Assembly (NCBI GenBank): GCA_012513605.1 | Contig: JAAZBV010000115.1 | Span: forward strand, 15,227 to 79,226 | DNA: 64,000 nt | Origin: Desulfatiglans sp. | GTDB taxonomy: Bacteria; Desulfobacterota; DSM-4660; Desulfatiglandales; HGW-15 | Reading direction: 5' to 3' | In this document: positions 19,121 to 25,898 of the stretch, piece after piece | Layout of the letters: each line of letters begins with the position of its first letter | How positions within the stretch are numbered: the first letter of the stretch is position 1 | Notes under the pieces: model-generated | What the model saw: the letters and a program-made list of their open reading frames with translations, nothing else | Databases searched by the model: none | What the model was told of the DNA's origin: nothing | Made by a program: the position numbers and the translations under genes

Positions 19121-19148
19121 CGCTGAAGGCTGATCGCTGACTGCTGAC
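19121..19148 (-). repeat. 4 x heptamer tandem repeat, reverse complement of the NTCAGCN family
   Basis: The plus strand reads CGCTGAA GGCTGAT CGCTGAC TGCTGAC. On the minus strand it reads as TCAGC heptads, beginning 37 nt after the stop of the 64-aa gene. Confidence 0.7.
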
Positions 19149-19184
19149 CGCTTTCATCTAAAAACACGGGTTTTTGGGTGAACT

Positions 19185-19379
19185 CTATTTATCTTCCAGT
19201 TGCGCCTCCACCTCTGCCATGCGGCCTTCTGCCAATTCCTTTGGAATAAGGCCGTTTCCGCATTTGGGGCACCGCATGATTTCATGGGAGAATGTGTGTC
19301 CAAGGTATGAAAACAGCATCTTCTTCAATACGAGCTCTTTATCACATTTTGCGCATTTCCAGGTTCTGTTCGCATCCAA
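19185..19379 (-). CDS. 64-aa double-CxxC zinc-ribbon / redox mini-protein
   Basis: WKCAKCDKEL...MRCPKCGNGL. TTG start with a GGGAGGG RBS, 4 nt after the upstream stop (codons checked by hand against the sequence). Confidence 0.6.
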   Translation of the reverse strand: MDANRTWKCAKCDKELVLKKMLFSYLGHTFSHEIMRCPKCGNGLIPKELAEGRMAEVEAQLEDK

Positions 19380-19383
19380 GGCA

Positions 19384-21627
19384 TTAACCCTCCCTGTTGA
19401 ATTTCATTCTGTGGATATAGGCGCTCCGGATCTCATACTCGCCCGTTTTAAGCTCTTTATACTGGACCCAGTAAGTGAGTACAGATTTAACCATACTGCA
19501 CTGGATCACACCATCATCACTGAGAAACCTCTCGCCCGTTTGCTTGGCCAGCCATATGGCCTCCTTCAGGTCGTCTTCAATAATGAGTTTCCTGTCAAGC
19601 TCATCCTGCAACTCCACGCTGATAATGAGTCTGATGCTGTCCCATTCATGTTTCTCCGGGATGAAATCATCTCCAGTTAATCTTTTCATGAGTTTCTTTT
19701 TTACCTCCAGGGCATTTTCCTTTTGTGACTTAAGGGTGGGCAAACATTTTTTCAGATCAATGTCATATACCATGTCAAGTATATGGGCACACTCCTTGCC
19801 TTTCTGCCGGAACACCTCCCTGCAATTGGCGCAGTATACAATATAGGGTTTATCGCTGGCATCGTTGCGGTGTTTTGTGATCTCCTCATACAGACCGGGA
19901 TTGGCAAGGCGCATATGACCGCCATAGCCGCAGCATCTGTTCGGATTATCAAGCTCTTCAATCGCTACACCGGCCCGTCCGGCCAGGATACGTACGCCTT
20001 CCTGCATGGTCTTATCGTCGCGGGCTGTACATGGGTCAAACATGGCCGCTGACTCAAAAAGCCTGGCCGGGACAATAGAATCATCCTTTGCCATCAGTGT
20101 ATAGAGACTTTCCTGTTTTATTTCCGGCATGAGCAGTCTGAAAATATTCTCACAGTAGGCGCAGGCAAATATTAATGTGGGTCTCTCCATGCTGTTCCAG
20201 ATAGAGCGGATGCGTTCAATGTTGTCCGCAAGACGTTTTTTATCTCCAGCCCAGTAAGCCGGTGCCCCGCAACAGCCGACCATAATCCCGGCATTGAACT
20301 TTTCCTGCAGATAGTTGTAGGGCTTGAGGACATGGTCAGGTTCTGCCGCTCCAAGCTGACACCCCGGAAAAAAGAGATATTCACAGCTCTCCTCCTTTTT
20401 AGAAGGCGAAACAAAAAAGGCTTCCGAGGTGTGAAAATCAAACTGGCCTATCCAGAAATCATGAAAAGCCGGTATATTTTTATTGGTACGTAACCGGTCT
20501 TCCCTGGAAAATTGCATCAATGCGCCAACATCCACACCAACCGGACATACGCTTTTACATTTACCACAGATGTTGCAGGAATAGGTCTCACGGGTAAGAG
20601 AGCGCTTGGAAAGCGATGAGCCAGATTGAGAGTCAGTATATACCTCAACGCCAAGTTTGGGAGGCATCTTCCTGAACCACTTGATCATCTCGCAGTTTTC
20701 CCAGCATATCCTGCAGTCGCATAGAAAGCATCTGGAGGCCTCTGCCTTGGCCTCACCCTCGGTATATCCCTCAGGAGAGGTCATCGTAACAAGCGCCTTA
20801 TTTTCTTCCCCACTATGGTTCAGAAAGTGTACGCGGTTTTTTGTAACCCGATCTGAATCGGGTAGGGCCGCCTTACCTGTTTCAAAATATCCCTCCATGA
20901 TCCTGGCAAGGAGCGAGCCCTGTGCGATGGATTCCATGAGAGGAACCCCGCAGAGAGCGCCGCCCATAAATACCCCTGTGCGGGAGGTAGTCATAAGATC
21001 AGAATCATGGCTATCCATAAGACCGAATGTTGCCCCGTTTTTACCAGTGGCAACATATATGGCATCAAAGCCTGTAAGAGTATCTAAAGAGCCGATCTCC
21101 CGGTTGAATTCAAAGAGAGCATCAGTAGCTGAGAACTGCAGGGTAATGTCATCATCGAACAACTTAAAATCAGGGTGGGACCGCAAAGCGCCACCCCAGC
21201 CTGTCTCTTTTTCAAAGATTGTAACATGAAATTTTTTCTGTGCGAGATTCAGTGCACACGACAGGCCCGCAGGCCCCCCACCTATAATGGCTATATGCTG
21301 TTTTTTTGGTGGTATTACAAAATTTTCCGGCCTTCGGGTTAAGGCATACCGTGTACAGGCGTATTCAAGGTCTCGCACTGCCAGAGGTTCGTCTCCGATG
21401 GATGGTCGCTGGCAGTTATTCCTGCATGGCTGAGGGCATAGCCTGCTTACGATCACAGGAAAAAGAACTGTGTCCCGGAACGTTTTATATGCCGGAATCC
21501 ACCTCCCCTTTTTCACCCTTTCCATAAAAAAACGGATGTCAAGGCCGAACGGGCAGGCGTATGAGCAGGAGGCTGGCTCACCGCTAAAACAATCATTGAC
21601 AAATACTCTTGATTCTTCAAGCTTCAT
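19384..21627 (-). CDS. Fusion protein: GltD-like NAD(P)H flavoprotein + 2x[4Fe-4S] + two HdrD/GlpC-type CCG domains + C-terminal domain
   Basis: 747 aa. Dinucleotide fold HIAIIGGGPAGLSCALNL after an N-terminal Cys-rich segment. CFLCDCRICWENC and CNICGKCKSVCP. CCG motifs FFPGCQLG...GCCGAPA and FDPCTA...RCCGYGG. Confidence 0.8.
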   Translation of the reverse strand: MKLEESRVFVNDCFSGEPASCSYACPFGLDIRFFMERVKKGRWIPAYKTFRDTVLFPVIVSRLCPQPCRNNCQRPSIGDEPLAVRDLEYACTRYALTRRPENFVIPPKKQHIAIIGGGPAGLSCALNLAQKKFHVTIFEKETGWGGALRSHPDFKLFDDDITLQFSATDALFEFNREIGSLDTLTGFDAIYVATGKNGATFGLMDSHDSDLMTTSRTGVFMGGALCGVPLMESIAQGSLLARIMEGYFETGKAALPDSDRVTKNRVHFLNHSGEENKALVTMTSPEGYTEGEAKAEASRCFLCDCRICWENCEMIKWFRKMPPKLGVEVYTDSQSGSSLSKRSLTRETYSCNICGKCKSVCPVGVDVGALMQFSREDRLRTNKNIPAFHDFWIGQFDFHTSEAFFVSPSKKEESCEYLFFPGCQLGAAEPDHVLKPYNYLQEKFNAGIMVGCCGAPAYWAGDKKRLADNIERIRSIWNSMERPTLIFACAYCENIFRLLMPEIKQESLYTLMAKDDSIVPARLFESAAMFDPCTARDDKTMQEGVRILAGRAGVAIEELDNPNRCCGYGGHMRLANPGLYEEITKHRNDASDKPYIVYCANCREVFRQKGKECAHILDMVYDIDLKKCLPTLKSQKENALEVKKKLMKRLTGDDFIPEKHEWDSIRLIISVELQDELDRKLIIEDDLKEAIWLAKQTGERFLSDDGVIQCSMVKSVLTYWVQYKELKTGEYEIRSAYIHRMKFNREG

Positions 21628-21689
21628 GTGTACTAATCATCCTAAAGGGTTAAGCAAGGTGCTGCTTCAGATACTCCAGCGCAGATAAT

Positions 21690-21719
21690 GTTTCGTAATC
21701 CCCGCAGGGATTACGAAAC
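21690..21719 (-). other. Perfect 13-bp intercistronic hairpin between mop-2 and the flavoprotein gene
   Basis: GTTTCGTAATCCC-cgca-GGGATTACGAAAC. No T-run on either strand. Confidence 0.6.
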
Positions 21720-21749
21720 GGTTGGTTTATAAAGGTTAAACCCCGGTGC

Positions 21750-24578
21750 TTAGATGGGATTGGCCTTGATATTTTCAAGCTCTTCCTCAAAGTCAGTGCC
21801 AAGGTAATACTTTGGTGGTGTGAGATCCTCACCGCGATGTTTTGCCTCTAATCCGGCTTTGACTTTGTCAGGCGTTGCAGGCAGTGAATAAATGCGAACC
21901 CCGCAGGCGTTGTTGATACCGTTGATGACCGCCATATGACCGGAAGACTGGTAGCACTCAGAGCAACCGCCTGAACCGTGTGGTCCAGCCTTACGGGGAG
22001 TCTCCTGGAAGATCAGGGTGATATCATCAGGAATCACATCGATTGTGGGGATACCACAGCCGGCCATATTGCCATGCCTGTTTTCTGCGTTGTAATCCTC
22101 ACTTAATGCAAAACCGATGCTGTGAGACAACCCGCCATAGGCCTGCCCTTCAACAGAGAGCCTGTTACCTATTACGCCGATATCGGAAACACATGTGTAC
22201 CTTAGCACCTTTGATTTTCCGGTTTTAATATCAACCTCTACCAGCGCAACATTTACACAGTACATATATCCCGGGTTTTTCTCACCCTCTCCGGTATTTG
22301 GATCAAGACCGGGTGGCAGTCCTATGTTAAATTGATCATAGTGCCCGATATATTTTGTTGGTATTTTTTCAGCAACCATCTCATCATATGTTCTGTAGGT
22401 GCCATCAGCCTTACGCATGGCGTCCATGAGCCTGGCAGCAGCATCAAGGGTGGCATTACCTGCCATATAGTGAGAACGGCTGGCAGCTGCCACGCCAGTA
22501 TCCGGGCAGATCTTGCTGTCATTCATAACAAGTTTAATCTGATCAGGTTTAACCCCGAGCGGTGCAAGGGCCTTGACAGCGTGTGTAAGAGCCCCAATAT
22601 CTGCACCCTGACCAACATCCTCCCAGGTGTTAAAGTGGGTGAAGGTTCCGTCAGCATTCATCTCAATAGCTACCTCGGCCTGATCAAAAGCGCCGATAGT
22701 GTATATGAAACCGCCCATACTGATACCGACCCCAACATGTCTTCCCTCTTTTTTGGCTGCTTCAGCCTCGGCCTTGTATTTATCATAATAGGGTTTTGCC
22801 TTATTAAGCAGTTCAGGATAGAGGTAATCATGGTATGGCCTGCTGTTGATGGTCAGGTCACCTGGTCTGGCCGCGTTTTTATAGCGGAACTCCCAGGGGT
22901 CCATTCCGATCTTTTCAGCGATCATGTCAATAAGGGCCTCTGTAGTAGTATATACCTGCGGGGCGCCAAAACCGCGGTATGCCGCACAGAAGGCGTGGTT
23001 TGTAGATGCTCCTCGTGCAAGGGCCTTGAAATTTGGAATATTGTATCCGTGGAAACCGACAGAAACAAGGTTGTTGAATATCTTATTGCCCATGGTTCCG
23101 TAAGCCCCGTGATCCAGACCTATATCATACTCTGCGGCTGTGATCCTGCCATCCTTGTCACAGGCTATCCGTGCGTTACTGAATGTGGCGGATCGCTTAC
23201 CGGTCATATGGTTGAATTCCTCATAGCTCAATGTAAGTGTGCAGGGTATACGGAGGTGCTGGACAGCGGTTGCTACGATGGCAAAGGTGTTAGCGCTTAC
23301 AGAATATCCAAAGGAACCGCCAACCGGATTCATAATGATCCGGAGCTCTTCTATAGGAATACCACATGCGTGTGATATACTTTCACGGTCCTCACCGATC
23401 CCCTGTGATTTACACTGGAGTGTCAACATACCGTCCAATCCGATGTACCCCTGAACAACATCCGGCTCTATGGGCAGATGGGGCTCGTGCTGTGAGTGGA
23501 AGCTTCCTTCCGCAACAAATTCTGCCTCCTCAAAGACCTCGACAGTATCTCTGCCTTTAAAAACCGGCTGTTCCAGATAAAAATTGGGCAGGCCCTCATG
23601 CAACTGAATGGCATTGGGCATAACCGCCTCCGGGAATGTCATATATGCGGGCAGCACTTCAAGGTTCTGTTTAACCTTCTTTGCAGCCTCACGTGCATGC
23701 TCTTCTGTGTCAGCGGCAACGAGGGCCACACAGTCGCCGCGTTTATTTATCTTTTTATCGGCAATTACCGGGAAGGGGGCAATCCCGCGGCCCAGGACGC
23801 GCGGAAGAAGCGGAGGGGCATCAAGGTTGTTTGAGCCCAGGACATCCTTGGCTGTAAAAATCCTGATGACACCGGGCATCTTTTCAGCCTCTTCCGTATC
23901 GATATTGATAATCTTGGCATGTGCAACCTGAGAGATAACAACGGCCAGATGCGCAGTACCTTCAGGCATTTTATGTTTTATGTCATCGCCGTAATTGGTT
24001 AGTCCGCACACCTTGGCAAGCGCTGTTGGTCGCGGGCGATATGAACCGTATATCTCCTTTTCGCCATCAAAGTCATAGGTGATATCATTCATTGTGGCCT
24101 CGCCGCGCATAACTTTGGCAGCAGCCATAACTGAATCAACAAGAGGTTTGTACCCTGTGCAGCGGCAGACATTCTTGTGTACCCTGAACCATTCACGGAC
24201 CTCTTCCCGGGTAGGATTCGGGTTTTCTTTAAGGAGCCCATAGGATGAAACAATAAAACCGGGCGTACAGAAACCGCACTGGACACCGCCATAAGTAATC
24301 CACGCCTGCTGAAGCGGGTGCAGGTTCTGAGGGGTGCCTATGCCCTCTATTGTTGTGATCTCGCTGTAGTCAGGGACGTTTTTCATCTTTTTTGTGCAGG
24401 AACGGATGACATCACCGTTGAATAAAATGGAACAGGCGCCACACACGCCGGTGCCACATCCGATTTTTACCCCTGTCAGCCCCATTCTCCTCAGGACAAC
24501 AGCCAGATTGTCTTTATTCGGGTCGCATATAACAGACCTGGGAACACCATTGATATTTAAGTGTATACATGTCACCAT
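21750..24578 (-). CDS. mop: Mop-type aldehyde oxidoreductase (xanthine-oxidase family; 2x[2Fe-2S] + Moco), paralogue 2
   Basis: 942 aa. LTGVKIGCGTGVCGACS...TIEGIGTPQNLHPLQQAWITYGGVQCGFCTPGFIVS...VCRCTGYKPLVDSVMAAA...YRPRPTALAKVCG is nearly colinear with D. gigas MOP as I recall it. It has an atypical active-site loop, GSGGCSECYQSS, and a C-terminal extension. Confidence 0.9.
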   Translation of the reverse strand: MVTCIHLNINGVPRSVICDPNKDNLAVVLRRMGLTGVKIGCGTGVCGACSILFNGDVIRSCTKKMKNVPDYSEITTIEGIGTPQNLHPLQQAWITYGGVQCGFCTPGFIVSSYGLLKENPNPTREEVREWFRVHKNVCRCTGYKPLVDSVMAAAKVMRGEATMNDITYDFDGEKEIYGSYRPRPTALAKVCGLTNYGDDIKHKMPEGTAHLAVVISQVAHAKIINIDTEEAEKMPGVIRIFTAKDVLGSNNLDAPPLLPRVLGRGIAPFPVIADKKINKRGDCVALVAADTEEHAREAAKKVKQNLEVLPAYMTFPEAVMPNAIQLHEGLPNFYLEQPVFKGRDTVEVFEEAEFVAEGSFHSQHEPHLPIEPDVVQGYIGLDGMLTLQCKSQGIGEDRESISHACGIPIEELRIIMNPVGGSFGYSVSANTFAIVATAVQHLRIPCTLTLSYEEFNHMTGKRSATFSNARIACDKDGRITAAEYDIGLDHGAYGTMGNKIFNNLVSVGFHGYNIPNFKALARGASTNHAFCAAYRGFGAPQVYTTTEALIDMIAEKIGMDPWEFRYKNAARPGDLTINSRPYHDYLYPELLNKAKPYYDKYKAEAEAAKKEGRHVGVGISMGGFIYTIGAFDQAEVAIEMNADGTFTHFNTWEDVGQGADIGALTHAVKALAPLGVKPDQIKLVMNDSKICPDTGVAAASRSHYMAGNATLDAAARLMDAMRKADGTYRTYDEMVAEKIPTKYIGHYDQFNIGLPPGLDPNTGEGEKNPGYMYCVNVALVEVDIKTGKSKVLRYTCVSDIGVIGNRLSVEGQAYGGLSHSIGFALSEDYNAENRHGNMAGCGIPTIDVIPDDITLIFQETPRKAGPHGSGGCSECYQSSGHMAVINGINNACGVRIYSLPATPDKVKAGLEAKHRGEDLTPPKYYLGTDFEEELENIKANPI

Positions 24579-24796
24579 AAATCAGATCCTTTCAATCCCA
24601 TATGATCTCACTGAAAAGCGACTCGGGTTATGGGCCATTCATTCTCCCTTTCATTGTGCAATCATATGTATTTAAATGTGTTAATAAATAACCTTTTCAA
24701 AAGAATACCCATTTTAATGAAGGGACTATAATGGATTTATACCCCTATTTTTATACCCTTCCTTTTTTACCCTGTTTTTCATCCATTAGATAAAAT

Positions 24797-24852
24797 GCAT
24801 ATATCGATTTTGATATTTCTATATATCAGGTTCGTCATATCAAATCAAAAAA
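24797..24852. promoter_or_regulatory. Tandem operator module upstream of mop-2 (homologous to 14375-14430)
   Basis: GCATATATCgattttGATATttCTATATATCaggttcGTCATATCAAATCAAAAAATATTT. Confidence 0.6.
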
Positions 24853-25316
24853 TATTTGCTTATATTTAAATTAAATAAGGGAACTCATTCATTTGGAGTG
24901 ATTGATTGAAATAGCCCTTACGGTTAATAGACTATTTTTTGTCTGCGATCATTGCTATGCATTTGGTTATATATTATTTAAAAATAACATGACTCACTTT
25001 ATTAGGAGAAAATAAACGCAGATGGAAATATTCTTTACATATGACATCAATATGCATATAATACGGATCATTTATTGAGATGCAAAAAGATATGTGGCCG
25101 CTTGCTGGTGAAACCTCTGCTTTAATAAGAAAAAAAGGGTAACAATTCCTCTCTCAGACATAATAACAGGCGTAATTGCAGATAGAAAAAAATATTAAAT
25201 TTTTACCACTGACTGCCATTTTGAAAAGATTCCTGGCGTAATTCTTTATAACCCTGAATAATGAATTATATCAAAAATACAAATAATCATAATTATCTCC
25301 CATAAAGGTTTTTATC

Positions 25317-25778
25317 TTGCTGAATATATTTATTGATGCTGATGCCTGCCCTGTAAAGCAGGAGGTTTTTCGTGTAGCAGAGAGGTTTAAACTCGGTGTT
25401 ACCCTCGTGTCAAACATGCATATGCGGATCCCGGAAAACCCCCGCATAAAACTTGTTATTGTTGAGAGCGGGCCTGATGAGGCTGACAACTGGATAGCGG
25501 AAAAGGCGGGAGAGGGTGACATAGTGATAACCGCAGATATTCCCCTGGCAGGTCGAAGCCTCAAAAAAGGGGCAAGCGTAATAAGCCCGTCCGGCAGACT
25601 GTTTACAGAAGATAATATCGGGCAGATTCTTGCCACCAGAAACCTCATGGCTGATCTAAGGGACCTTGGAGAGATTACCGGGGGGCCTGCGCCCTTTAAA
25701 AAAAAAGATAGATCCAATTTTTTGCAGCAGCTTGATGAACTGATACATTCAATTCTTCGCAGGTTTCCAGGACGATAA
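25317..25778 (+). CDS. yaiI: YaiI/YqxD family protein (UPF0178/DUF188)
   Basis: LNIFIDADACPVKQEVFRVAER...GDIVITADIPLAGRSLKKGA... parallels E. coli YaiI. TTG start. Confidence 0.85.
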   Translation: MLNIFIDADACPVKQEVFRVAERFKLGVTLVSNMHMRIPENPRIKLVIVESGPDEADNWIAEKAGEGDIVITADIPLAGRSLKKGASVISPSGRLFTEDNIGQILATRNLMADLRDLGEITGGPAPFKKKDRSNFLQQLDELIHSILRRFPGR

Positions 25779-25898
25779 TTATCTTTCTATTCCTGACAAT
25801 AGTGTGCTATACAGCTTCGCTGATTTTTAAAACTTTATAAAAAAATACAGGGGCGAATAATTATTTACCGCCGCTGTTTAATTAGAGGGAAAAAAGGT

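Noticed and set aside
22332-23375. 347-aa plus-strand ORF, plus several 60-110-aa ORFs between 22043 and 24675
   Set aside because: They lie entirely antisense to the well-supported 942-aa Mop-2 gene. They have low-complexity composition and no RBS. These are typical shadow ORFs of a long gene.
24579-24800. Possible Moco riboswitch in the long mop-2 leader; also checked upstream of 6920 and of the AOR operon
   Set aside because: The leaders are AT-rich. They lack the GC-rich multi-stem architecture and conserved cores I associate with the Moco RNA motif. Only an Infernal scan could settle it, and I see no support.
25271-25717. 148-aa minus-strand ORF
   Set aside because: It is antisense to the YaiI-family gene, which has a clear family match. 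It is a shadow ORF.
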